Virus record (IMG/VR): IMGVR_UViG_3300032267_001142
Location: 122,106-186,105 of that record
Direction: 5' to 3' (one strand)
DNA from: a virus
DNA length: 64,000 nt
A model generated the notes under the pieces. The model was given only the letters and a program-made list of their open reading frames with translations. It did not search any database and was not told the DNA's origin. Shown piece after piece: positions 16,353 to 25,009 of the stretch; position 1 is the stretch's first letter, and each line of letters begins with the position of its first letter. Position numbers and translations under genes: made by a program.

Positions 16353-16697
16353 ATGAAACCCGAAGCGCAAAGAAAAGCTATCATTAAGTTCTGTGGCTGG
16401 AAAGACATCTCCGATAGCTGCCGCTATCGTTTAATGACTTTAGCAGTGATTCGAGACGAGCGGATGTTTAACGTCCACGACCCTTTGACGGATTTGAACG
16501 CGATGCGCGAGGCGGAGAGGATGTTGTCAGTAAAGCAAGCGAAACTTTATGTCGAGCTTTTGGGTGAGATAGTTCTGGACAACGGGGGCTGTTACTTCAA
16601 TAAGAACAAATATATGGCATTCGTGGCTCTAAATTCCACGGCTGCGCAGCGCGCCGAAGCTTTTCTAAAAGCTCTTGGACTTTGGACAGAAGATTAA
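16353..16697 (+). CDS. Phage ABA-sandwich-like protein
   Basis: AIIKFCGW..DPLTDLNAMREAE..STAAQRAEAFL; similar to 27474-27839. Confidence 0.55.
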   Translation: MKPEAQRKAIIKFCGWKDISDSCRYRLMTLAVIRDERMFNVHDPLTDLNAMREAERMLSVKQAKLYVELLGEIVLDNGGCYFNKNKYMAFVALNSTAAQRAEAFLKALGLWTED

Positions 16698-16736
16698 AAG
16701 TGTTGACGTTTTAGCAAAAGAGCCTAGAATGTAACC

Positions 16737-17715
16737 ATGCGATTGAGACAGGAAACTCTCTCGAAAGCAACAAAAGGGGGCATGACCTCTTAGATAACGC
16801 GCCGCAAGGCGAAGAAAGGCTGAAAGCCCTACATTTTCAGCCGCCGTTTACGGTCACTTATGCAACCGTAGTTCCTCGGTTTACAATGCCAAACATTGTG
16901 GACTAGACTATCGAGGTTCCGGCGTCCCGAAAGGGGCGTTTCCAGACGTGAAACTCTGGTAAACGGGTTCAAACTTAAATAGTCGAGAACGAAGCGTAGT
17001 TGTTTATGTCGAGCCTAGCAAGCAAGACGCGAACAGCAGCCCAAACGGGAGTGGACTCGTGAGAGTTTATGACCGAGAAAGCCGTCGAAATCGCCGCTGG
17101 CGAAAGATATCATGTTGTGTTGTATTGGGTGGTCGAAAGGTCATCTAGCGACTGGACAGACGCAACATAATAGGGATAAGTATTTGGAACTTACAAGAAA
17201 AAGTTCTGTCCACGTTAGCGCGATAAGCAGATTAAGTCGCTGGCCTTCGGGCAACAGCGAGCGTTAAACCTCTCAAGGGAATAACGTTTGGCGTCAGAGT
17301 AAGATTGGTTGGCCTTTAGCGGGGTTAGCTGAGACGAAAAAACGCTGAGTAGCGCGACGGTTAATGGATATGCTACCATTCAAAAGCATCTGTGAGAAAT
17401 AGCGGTCGAAAGGTCGCTGGATAACAAGATAACACATACGTCTTGTAAAGGTTCTCGAATCGAAGCATAGTCTCAGCTTTGATAATTTGGTCAGCGGGCG
17501 AGCTATTTGAACGCAGTCGTTTGCAAAACTTCTATAGCAAGGTGAGATTCCTTGGCTGACCTCCATCTCATCAGTAGCGTATTACGCTAGTTTGGCTGCG
17601 GCCCATTGGGTCGCGAATTAAAGAGTTCGGGTTGCTCTGAGCTTAGTAGATTGGCAGGACGGAGGTAATAATATCCGCGCTTGTTAGTTGCTGGACGGGG
17701 AGTTAGCCCCTTGAG
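16737..17715 (+). ncRNA. Large ornate structured ncRNA (~980 nt; GOLLD/ROOL-class candidate)
   Basis: Own promoter TTGACG-N16-TAGAAT (16703-16730); no + strand ORF; dense GNRA/UUCG hairpins and long-range helices; abuts a tRNA. Confidence 0.7.
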
Positions 17716-17719
17716 AAAT

Positions 17720-17794
17720 GGGTCATTGGTGAAATAGAATCACGACGCACTCGCAATGCGTAGTCGAGGGTGCGACTCCCTCATGTATCCACCA
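17720..17794 (+). tRNA. trnA: tRNA-Ala(CGC), bulged acceptor
   Basis: G3:U70, loop CTCGCAA, CCA. Confidence 0.85.
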
Positions 17795-17899
17795 CAATTT
17801 TTACGTCGGAAACACAAAGAAAACATAAATGCCACTCAATATCTTAACTCTTTCGGTAGTGATGTCCGCGTTACTAATCTTAACTAGCCGCCGTATTCG

Positions 17900-18400
17900 A
17901 TGAAATTTTTCAAGAAAGTCAAAACCATTACCTCCAAAGAGGGCGAGCTGCACTTCGAGCGCTGGGCGATTTTCGAGTCAAAGTGGCTCTCGTGGTATAT
18001 CCACAGAATACACAAGGCAGACAGGGACCATTTACATTCCTATCCTTGGAATTTTCTGTCACTAATCTTGAAGGGCTGTTATCTCGAAGAGAACGCTTAC
18101 GATACAGCAGATGGAAGTTTCTGCACAGGCTTAAAGATAAAGAGCCCGTTCACAGTCACTTACTGTAACAAATCTAAATTTCATAAAATCAACACCATCA
18201 TCTCTGGTCCGGTTTACACGACGATGTTTGTGTGGGGCGACACCCAGAAGTGGTTTTATCGGGTAGGAAAGAAGAGAATTCCTTTTGAGGAATATCGCGA
18301 AATCAAAGCCGCAGCCAAAGAGGCGGGGCTTTCTATCGAGGAGTATATCTTCAAATATGAGATTGGGCTCTTGACTCCGTCGCAAAAACGAGTAGACTAG
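17900..18400 (+). CDS. Cupin-like hypothetical phage protein
   Basis: YIHRIHKADRDHLHSYPWNFLSLILKGCY. Confidence 0.55.
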   Translation: MKFFKKVKTITSKEGELHFERWAIFESKWLSWYIHRIHKADRDHLHSYPWNFLSLILKGCYLEENAYDTADGSFCTGLKIKSPFTVTYCNKSKFHKINTIISGPVYTTMFVWGDTQKWFYRVGKKRIPFEEYREIKAAAKEAGLSIEEYIFKYEIGLLTPSQKRVD

Positions 18401-18412
18401 TAAAAATCAAAC

Positions 18413-18799
18413 ATGAAATCATTCCTAAAACTTGCAATCATCGCCGTCGCGTCACTATCAATCGCTGGGTGCCAGCCAGAATCAGACGTAGCCGCCTATA
18501 ATGTTTCGCAGGCCGCGCATAATTTTGAAGTCAACAGACGAGTCGTGTTCTACAACGGCATCACAGGAGATTACATACTCACCATCGAGGGTCTTCTATC
18601 TGTGACGCCAGAAGATAAGCGCCTCTCGGTTATCGTAAAGACTGGGCCGAATCAGTATAAGAAGCACTATCTTGGTGTTTCTGATAACGTGACTTGGTTC
18701 TGCGAACAAATCGAATCCGTTCCAGCGTCGCCTTTTCATTATCGTGTCATCTTCCGTCCTACCACGATTATCCCAGATGTCGAAGTTAGGACGCGCTAA
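18413..18799 (+). CDS. Phage lipoprotein
   Basis: Lipobox IAGC; NFEVNRRVVFYNGITG..YKKHYLGVSDNVT. Confidence 0.75.
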   Translation: MKSFLKLAIIAVASLSIAGCQPESDVAAYNVSQAAHNFEVNRRVVFYNGITGDYILTIEGLLSVTPEDKRLSVIVKTGPNQYKKHYLGVSDNVTWFCEQIESVPASPFHYRVIFRPTTIIPDVEVRTR

Positions 18800-18817
18800 G
18801 AGAAGTTTAGTCAAAAT

Positions 18818-18901
18818 GTCGGTGTGAGTTAATGGCGAATAGCACAGCCTCTCCGCTTAAAACGGATACTTTTGCAGGTGCAAGTCCTGTCACCGATACC
18901 A
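18818..18901 (+). tRNA. trnL: tRNA-Leu(TAA), enlarged D arm, short variable loop
   Basis: Loop CTTAAAA, CCA. Confidence 0.7.
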
Positions 18902-18908
18902 AATTACA

Positions 18909-19133
18909 ATGAATGGAACATATCTTGACGCTCTCAATGTCACACTACACTGGTTTGGAGGCTCAATCAATCGAATGGATATTTTCGTGGCCTCTATCGA
19001 AGGACGCGTTATGAGAGATTTGGTTGATTCGGGACATTTGAGAAAAAGATTTTTTGGATGGGAAATCACTAGTAAAGGGCGCGAAGCTCTCGAAGAAGCT
19101 GACATCCATTGTTTCGAGGACACGCGTTCATAA
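18909..19133 (+). CDS. Hypothetical protein (winged-helix-like)
   Basis: LVDSGHL..WEITSKGREAL. Confidence 0.5.
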   Translation: MNGTYLDALNVTLHWFGGSINRMDIFVASIEGRVMRDLVDSGHLRKRFFGWEITSKGREALEEADIHCFEDTRS

Positions 19134-19139
19134 TTTTAT

Positions 19140-19213
19140 CGCTAATTCGTTCAAAAGCAGGACTCGCGTTTCATAAGCGCAGGACGCTGGAGCGTTACCA
19201 GCATTAGCGACCA
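19140..19213 (+). tRNA. tRNA with CAT anticodon (elongator Met or Ile2)
   Basis: Loop TTCATAA, paired 1-72, CCA. Confidence 0.8.
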
Positions 19214-19304
19214 TGTTAGTAAAACCCCGTCTCCCTCGGTTAAGGGGAGGTTGCCAGCGATGGCGATAATATCTGGGGCCGTAAAGTCGGAATCCGAACC
19301 TCCA

Positions 19305-19384
19305 CGCGGTCGGGCATAGGAGAAGTTTCTTCTGGTCTGTCTCATAAGCAGATAAATTACGTGCGATTCGTAACGCCGCAACCA
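19305..19384 (+). tRNA. trnM: tRNA-fMet(CAT)-like with irregular D arm
   Basis: C1:A72, loop CTCATAA, end GCCGCAACCA. Confidence 0.65.
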
Positions 19385-19431
19385 ACAGACTGTGCAAGCC
19401 TATACACAAAACTCAAATCGCGCAGTCATTT

Positions 19432-19505
19432 CGAGACATAGTTCAATAGTAGAATTTTTGATTGACATTCAAAAGACGAAGGAGCGTAACCTTCTGTTTC
19501 GACCA
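19432..19505 (+). tRNA. trnV: tRNA-Val(GAC)
   Basis: Loop TTGACAT, CCA. Confidence 0.85.
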
Positions 19506-19514
19506 AATTTTAAC

Positions 19515-19588
19515 GCCTCGTTAATTTAATAGTAAACCGCCTTTTTGGTAAAAAGGGTTCGCTGGAGCGTAACCAGCACGAGGCTCCA
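19515..19588 (+). tRNA. trnT: tRNA-Thr(GGT)
   Basis: Loop TTGGTAA, CCA. Confidence 0.85.
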
Positions 19589-19626
19589 TCCATCTGAATT
19601 AATGTCTCCATACAACGCACTTCTCT

Positions 19627-20262
19627 ATGATAGAATATCCATCAATTATCAGTGCATCAAAAGCTCCACGAGCACCATGCGTAGCCTTCGATAAGCTAGA
19701 TGGCTCAAATATCAGAGCAAAGTGGACACAAAAACGGGGTTTTGAGCTATTCGGCAGTCGCCATACCCTCATTGAAGAAACGCACCCGCATTTAGGGGAC
19801 GCCGTGTCGATTTTTAAGTCAACGCATGCAAAGCCGCTGGACGACTTCTTCAGGAAGGATAAAGAGTTCAGAAACGAAAGAGAAATTGTTGTATTCTCTG
19901 AGTTTTTCGGCGCTAAAAGTTTCGCTGGATGGCACGAGCCCGAAGACCCAAAGAAGTTGGTCGTATTCGATATTCTCGTAGGCCACAAAAATAAATGGTT
20001 TGTCAAACCTTTCGATTTCCACAATACGTTTAACAAAATCGTTCCGACTCCTGCGGTGATTTACGTCGGGAACATGAACGACCAACTCATTGAGGACGTT
20101 CGTGCAGGCAAATATAACGTCAATGAGGGTGTTATATGCAAGGGCACCCTAACTAGAGGCGATTGTGTCGGGAAAATCTGGATGTGCAAAATAAAGACGC
20201 ACGACTATTTCGAGAGATTGCGCTCGCGTTTCAAGGAAAAGTGGGAACAATATGCTGAATGA
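19627..20262 (+). CDS. RNA ligase (Rnl2-like nucleotidyltransferase)
   Basis: Motif I DKLDGSN, III SEFFG, IIIa VFDI, IV EGVICK, V KIKT. Confidence 0.8.
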   Translation: MIEYPSIISASKAPRAPCVAFDKLDGSNIRAKWTQKRGFELFGSRHTLIEETHPHLGDAVSIFKSTHAKPLDDFFRKDKEFRNEREIVVFSEFFGAKSFAGWHEPEDPKKLVVFDILVGHKNKWFVKPFDFHNTFNKIVPTPAVIYVGNMNDQLIEDVRAGKYNVNEGVICKGTLTRGDCVGKIWMCKIKTHDYFERLRSRFKEKWEQYAE

Positions 20263-20759
20263 GTGAATCACCAGCGGTAGTCCATGTCTTCGGCGCGAAC
20301 CTCGACGGTTTTCACGGAGGGGGGAACGCGGGCCGGTTGTGGAAATCCGCGATGCGGAGTTGGCGCGACGACAAAGACTTCTCGCTAGCTTTAAGGGAGT
20401 TGAACAGGAAGACGAAAGGTCTGCCGTATATCAGGCAGGGTCTTATCGGAGAGTATTGTACGCTAGGAACCATCGGCCTACAGTCGGGCTCGCTAGGGTT
20501 CTCCTATGGGATAGTCACTACAGAGCGCCCCGCTCATCAGGGCATCGTAACCACCGATGTTCTTAGATATGAAATCGCAAAGCTTTTCAAATGCGCCCGC
20601 CAATATCCAGACAAGGAATTTCGGTGTTTGAATTTCGGGCTAAAGCGCCCTAACGGATTTTCGTGGTGGACACCGCAAGAAATCTGTGATATTTGGACAT
20701 CACTCGGCACCGCTCCAGAAAATCTCATTCCACCTCAATACTTAATCGGACTAATCTAA
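20259..20759 (+). CDS. A1S_2505-family (macro-like) phage protein
   Basis: VHVFGANLDGFHGGGNAG..SYGIVT. Confidence 0.65.
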   Translation: MSESPAVVHVFGANLDGFHGGGNAGRLWKSAMRSWRDDKDFSLALRELNRKTKGLPYIRQGLIGEYCTLGTIGLQSGSLGFSYGIVTTERPAHQGIVTTDVLRYEIAKLFKCARQYPDKEFRCLNFGLKRPNGFSWWTPQEICDIWTSLGTAPENLIPPQYLIGLI

Positions 20760-20971
20760 TGCACCATCCATACGCCAAATGCCCCTTTTGTGGGGTCACG
20801 AAAGCGTTATTGACTTGGAAGGCGTGCAGCCGTTGGTGTCGCGATTATATGGAATCAGTTCCGAAGGAGCGCTGGGCGTCGCCTGACGCTCCTATTGGCG
20901 AAGAAGAGCCCTTTACAGAGTTCGGCCTTGCTATTGACAAGGAGAGAATAAACACTGGACTCGGCCAGTAA
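20759..20971 (+). CDS. Hypothetical protein (zinc ribbon)
   Basis: TAATG coupling; CPFC..CSRWC. Confidence 0.5.
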   Translation: MHHPYAKCPFCGVTKALLTWKACSRWCRDYMESVPKERWASPDAPIGEEEPFTEFGLAIDKERINTGLGQ

Positions 20972-20990
20972 ACTCTACTAGTATTACAAC

Positions 20991-21485
20991 ATGATAACCT
21001 ACCTGTTTTTGCTACTACTCATTATAGTAGCTATGCAACGAGACTTTCTTTTTTTCTTTTTTAGCTTTATTTTTTTACTTTTAGTATACGGGGTGGTAGG
21101 TGGCATCGCTTCTGCACGCTTTATGAAGGAGACTCATCGAGACGATATAAAGCTCCCGATTTACTCATTCGCTAACTCTTCCGGCTTCAAAGGAGAGTTT
21201 ACATTGGGGCTTTTTACAGGCTTAGGACAAATGGGAACGTATGAAGAGTATCGTTACTACTTCATGAACGATAAAGGAGCGCTTCAGCTAGGAAAGACGC
21301 CAGTAAATTTAGCGCAGATTTATCTAAGGGATGAGCCGCCCTATTTGTTTAGGCAGGTTGTCCACTACAGATATCCTAAATGGTTCTGCGCTCCGCCTTT
21401 TGATTTCGCGAGAGAGACGAGGGAGACGACAACGGACTTCATTATCCCTAACGGCTCGCTAATCCAAAAATACGAGCTACGATAG
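20991..21485 (+). CDS. Membrane protein
   Basis: Two N-terminal hydrophobic segments. Confidence 0.6.
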   Translation: MITYLFLLLLIIVAMQRDFLFFFFSFIFLLLVYGVVGGIASARFMKETHRDDIKLPIYSFANSSGFKGEFTLGLFTGLGQMGTYEEYRYYFMNDKGALQLGKTPVNLAQIYLRDEPPYLFRQVVHYRYPKWFCAPPFDFARETRETTTDFIIPNGSLIQKYELR

Positions 21486-21487
21486 GC

Positions 21488-21515
21488 TTGACTTTTCTAA
21501 ATTGGCGGCTATAGT
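21488..21515 (+). promoter_or_regulatory. Sigma70-like leaderless promoter
   Basis: TTGACT-N16-TATAGT-N6-ATG. Confidence 0.65.
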
Positions 21516-21521
21516 CGAAAT

Positions 21522-21809
21522 ATGAACCTAATGACTCAAGAAGACGCCGCCCTACTCAAAGATGGAGACCTAGTGGATGTTTGGTGGTTTTCCCCCCGCA
21601 AAGACAAGCATAACCCCGACGCCAAAACCCGCGAATATGGTGGGCGCACGGAGTATCTTGAATTAGTATGGCGCAACGTGCCGGTTAAGGGCGAGCCGTA
21701 TATGACCGCTTCCGACGGGTATTTAGTGCCCGTTTTGGACCCCAACGACAAGACAGTGAAGCACTTTCTAGCTAGTCGCATGAGTTTTGCTGAAAAAGTG
21801 CAGACCTAG
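21522..21809 (+). CDS. Hypothetical protein
   Basis: ORF directly after the promoter. Confidence 0.6.
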   Translation: MNLMTQEDAALLKDGDLVDVWWFSPRKDKHNPDAKTREYGGRTEYLELVWRNVPVKGEPYMTASDGYLVPVLDPNDKTVKHFLASRMSFAEKVQT

Positions 21810-21831
21810 AATTGCTAGTGTAAACTAATGA

Positions 21832-22560
21832 GTGCCTATTCTATTGGTCATACTTTCTATGTTCGGGTGGATGCTCTCGTCTGAGCATCTCGTATGGAAT
21901 GACGAATTTAGCGGCGAAAAGCTTAACCAAGATAAATGGGTCGCGTGGGTTGATGAAAAGCGACACGATGCGACGAACCTCCTTGATTTAGCGAAGGTCT
22001 CAGGAGGAAAGTTGTCAATATCCCCGATAACCTCGGAAAAAGTCCACCATTCTTCAATGGTATGCACAGATTCAAAGTTCGACATGCTATATGGGCGAGT
22101 CGAAATAAGAGTTAAGCTTAGCACAGAATCGGGCGCGTGGTCTAACTTTTGGCTGTATACTCACGAAATGCTAAAAGACAAAGGTTCAGAAATAGACCTT
22201 TTCGAGCATCGCGCCGCGTATGAGAGCACTGACCTTAGCGGTATTGTGGCTCACTCGCTTCACTACAACGGCTACGGCAGCAATCACCTGTGTAACGGCA
22301 AGGACGCCAAGATAAGCTCAAAGGACTGGAATGTCATATCTTTGACGCGCACAAAAGACTATAATCTGTTTACCGTTAATGGCGTCGAAACGTGGAAGAC
22401 TTACGAGGCCGTCAATGACGAAAGGCTATTTTTTGTTCTTAGTGTCGAGATAGCCGATAAGTTTTGGGCTGGTGATATTCCGAAAGGCGGATATTCTGGT
22501 AAACCGATGTTGGAAGTTGACTATATCCGCGTTTTTTCTTTGCCGTCGCTGGCAAAGTAA
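21832..22560 (+). CDS. Glycoside hydrolase family 16
   Basis: WNDEFSG, YGRVEIR, GAWSNFW, catalytic EIDLFE, VDYIRV. Confidence 0.85.
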   Translation: MPILLVILSMFGWMLSSEHLVWNDEFSGEKLNQDKWVAWVDEKRHDATNLLDLAKVSGGKLSISPITSEKVHHSSMVCTDSKFDMLYGRVEIRVKLSTESGAWSNFWLYTHEMLKDKGSEIDLFEHRAAYESTDLSGIVAHSLHYNGYGSNHLCNGKDAKISSKDWNVISLTRTKDYNLFTVNGVETWKTYEAVNDERLFFVLSVEIADKFWAGDIPKGGYSGKPMLEVDYIRVFSLPSLAK

Positions 22561-22576
22561 GGGATACTCCCGACAG

Positions 22577-22807
22577 ATGATTAAGAAAGAAACGTCACAC
22601 AGCAGGAAGCATCACGCAAGGTTCCAAAATTATGACACGATTAACGTTGACGGGGTAGAGCGCGGCGATTTAGTTTCGTTCGCGTTTGTGGCGGGCGCTG
22701 CTTATCTAAAGTCCTCGTTCGGAGATATCGAAAAATTTCCTGTTGGAGAATTTAGCGTAACGCGGTCTACCTCTGGTTGGGGGCTGCGTATTACTTCGCG
22801 TTCATAA
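22577..22807 (+). CDS. Hypothetical protein
   Basis: ATG at 22577 (MIKKET). Confidence 0.45.
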   Translation: MIKKETSHSRKHHARFQNYDTINVDGVERGDLVSFAFVAGAAYLKSSFGDIEKFPVGEFSVTRSTSGWGLRITSRS

Positions 22808-22815
22808 AGAGTAAT

Positions 22816-23496
22816 ATGCGAGCCTTAGTCTCTATCGCCGATTTCGGAGGGCGAGCCACCTTGCCGAAAGTTAAGGCGTGTTTCGCCGACAACGCTTTTA
22901 CCGTCGTTACTTTCTCTACCAAATCAGGCGAATACCTTTTCGACGAGAGCATAGGCGAAGACTTGCCGTTTGCGCACCGGCAGCTTTTTGCAAACGAAGT
23001 AGATAACTATGACTATTTCTTTTTCACAGAGAACGATATATTCTACCCAGAGTCATCCTTAAAGCACCTTTTTCATAATTTTGACCAGTTCGGCGAGCGC
23101 CGACCTCTAGGTTTCTTACGATACGAGGAAGACCAACTAATAGATTTCGCCGCCACTCCTAAAGGAACAGTCATCGTAACTAGGGACAGCGAAAGCTTCG
23201 TTCCGACTAATGTTCATCAGGCGTCTTACATAGTCTCGCAGGCGCAGTTAAGAATCGCGATAGACAGCGGAAACTATTTGATTTCGCCGTGCCGAAAGCA
23301 CGGTTACGGTAAGCTAGAAACCGGCGCATCGAGTGTCTATATGGACTGCGGGCTCACCAAAGCCTATCCTGTCAAGAATTTGGAGTCTTTGTCGGCGAAG
23401 CACTTAGATTTGAAGTGGAAGCCACGACAACACAAATATACACTCCCGATGCTAAACGAAGAAATACGCTTGTTTCCTGAGCAAAAGCAGGGATAA
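22816..23496 (+). CDS. Glycosyltransferase-like protein
   Basis: YDYFFFTENDI DxD-like motif; HQASYI. Confidence 0.5.
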   Translation: MRALVSIADFGGRATLPKVKACFADNAFTVVTFSTKSGEYLFDESIGEDLPFAHRQLFANEVDNYDYFFFTENDIFYPESSLKHLFHNFDQFGERRPLGFLRYEEDQLIDFAATPKGTVIVTRDSESFVPTNVHQASYIVSQAQLRIAIDSGNYLISPCRKHGYGKLETGASSVYMDCGLTKAYPVKNLESLSAKHLDLKWKPRQHKYTLPMLNEEIRLFPEQKQG

Positions 23497-23505
23497 TAGT
23501 GGGGA

Positions 23506-24165
23506 ATGAAAGCAAAACGCATTTTTATCGTCCGCCACGGCCAGAGCGCGGCAAACGTGGACAAGCAAGTTTATACGCACACGCCGGATTACGCTGTAAG
23601 GTTGACCGAGGTTGGCAAAAGACAGGCGTTTGAGGTTGGCGAAAAGATAAAAGGAATCATCGGCGATGAGACTGTGCAATTTTACGTTTCTCCGTTTTAT
23701 AGGACCAGAGAGACAGCCATCGAGATGCGTAAGAGTATTCTCGCGCACGGATTTCGCGAGGATGTAAGACTGAGAGAGCAGGAGTGGCAGACTAGGTTCA
23801 TGGCCGAACAGGGGTTCCACCAGCAGGTTCACGAAGAGCGTGCTGCCTACGGCTATTACTACTACCGCTTCAACGGAGGCGAGTCGCCTGCGGACTGTTA
23901 CGATAGGCTCAGCGGTTTTTTGGACACCCTGCATCGAGACATGGAGAAAGAGGACTTTCCCGAGAACGTAATTATCGTAAGCCACGGTATCGCGATGCGA
24001 GTTTTTCTTCAGCGTTGGTTTCATTTGTCTGTGGAAAGTTTTGAAGAGTTGAAGACTCCGAAGAACTGCGAATTTTATCTGCTAGAAATACAGGAAAATA
24101 ACAAATACAAGCTCGCCACTGAGCCAGAAAAGTACGAACATCACGCTCCTGCGTTTTCTTTTTAG
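23506..24165 (+). CDS. Histidine phosphatase (phosphoglycerate mutase family)
   Basis: RHGQS, SPFYRTRET, LREQ, VSHG. Confidence 0.9.
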   Translation: MKAKRIFIVRHGQSAANVDKQVYTHTPDYAVRLTEVGKRQAFEVGEKIKGIIGDETVQFYVSPFYRTRETAIEMRKSILAHGFREDVRLREQEWQTRFMAEQGFHQQVHEERAAYGYYYYRFNGGESPADCYDRLSGFLDTLHRDMEKEDFPENVIIVSHGIAMRVFLQRWFHLSVESFEELKTPKNCEFYLLEIQENNKYKLATEPEKYEHHAPAFSF

Positions 24166-24177
24166 CCTTATCACGAA

Positions 24178-24993
24178 ATGAAGACTACTTGGATTATCGA
24201 AAACCTAACACGAGAAGAAAGTTACGTTGAGTTAGCGAAAGCCGTCGAAGAAGCTGGGCTTGAGCTAATTAGGCTAGATGGGGACTTTTCAAAATCTGAG
24301 TTTTTGCAAACGCTAGGAAACGAGCCGAAACCTACGGTCGTTTGCGCTAGCATACAGATGAACAGTCTCATTAGGGACTGCCTGCCTAAGTGGGCGACGC
24401 CGCCGTATTGCACGCCTGCGAATTATCTATGCTCGCGGTATTACCCTATTTTTGACAAATATTTATTCAATGACAAATACATAATGATGCCCGCGAGAAT
24501 GGCTAGGAAAATGTATTGGGACATTTATGGTCGCTTCGCTAAGGAAGCTCAGGTTTTTTGCCGCCCCAATTCAGGAGAGAAGCCTTTCAAAGCGGGGCTG
24601 GTTGATTTGCAAGAATTTGAGCGGTTCTTGGATGGATATACAGAAGAGGGCCAACTTTTACTGTTTTCGTCGCCTAAAAACATCCTCGGGGAATGGCGCT
24701 TCGTAGTCTCGAAAGACGCAGACATCATCGCTCAATCGAGTTACAAATATCAAGGCTTGCTTACAAAAGTCCCGTCCGCGCCAAAAGCGGCAACAGATTT
24801 TGTGAATGAGATATTAGCGGTCGGGTATTATCCAGATGATGTGTTTTGTGTGGACGTTGCCCTTGATGGGGACTCTAAACCTTGGCTGATGGAATTGACG
24901 AGCTTTTCTTCCGCAGGACTTTATGCTTGCGATAAAAACAGAATCGTAGAAGGAGTGAGTAAGATAGCGAGCAAAAGCTCGTCTCCTCTATAA
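24178..24993 (+). CDS. ATP-grasp protein, R2K/DUF4343-like
   Basis: FCRPNSGEKPFKAG, EWRFVV, VDVA..LMELTSFSSAGLY. Confidence 0.75.
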   Translation: MKTTWIIENLTREESYVELAKAVEEAGLELIRLDGDFSKSEFLQTLGNEPKPTVVCASIQMNSLIRDCLPKWATPPYCTPANYLCSRYYPIFDKYLFNDKYIMMPARMARKMYWDIYGRFAKEAQVFCRPNSGEKPFKAGLVDLQEFERFLDGYTEEGQLLLFSSPKNILGEWRFVVSKDADIIAQSSYKYQGLLTKVPSAPKAATDFVNEILAVGYYPDDVFCVDVALDGDSKPWLMELTSFSSAGLYACDKNRIVEGVSKIASKSSSPL

Positions 24994-25009
24994 AAATAGA
25001 TACAATGCG

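Noticed and set aside
17294-17566. 90-aa minus-strand ORF in the large non-coding region
   Set aside because: No motif or expression signal; antisense to a promoter-driven, hairpin-dense region better explained as ncRNA.
16737-17715. Group I/II intron or rRNA fragment
   Set aside because: No interrupted gene, no GUGCG 5' end or domain V, no recognisable P7 core, and no rRNA signature sequences.
19220-19304. tRNA-like element ending GAACCTCCA
   Set aside because: No anticodon arm and poor acceptor pairing; may be only a structured spacer.
4730-19588. HDV-like theta ribozymes after the tRNAs
   Set aside because: The tRNAs encode CCA and are followed by short T-rich spacers; no nested double pseudoknot is evident by eye.
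24163-24180. TAG followed in frame by the next gene's ATG (also 34065-34079), suggesting fusion by readthrough
   Set aside because: Expected by chance in about one third of junctions, and both partners look like complete stand-alone proteins.
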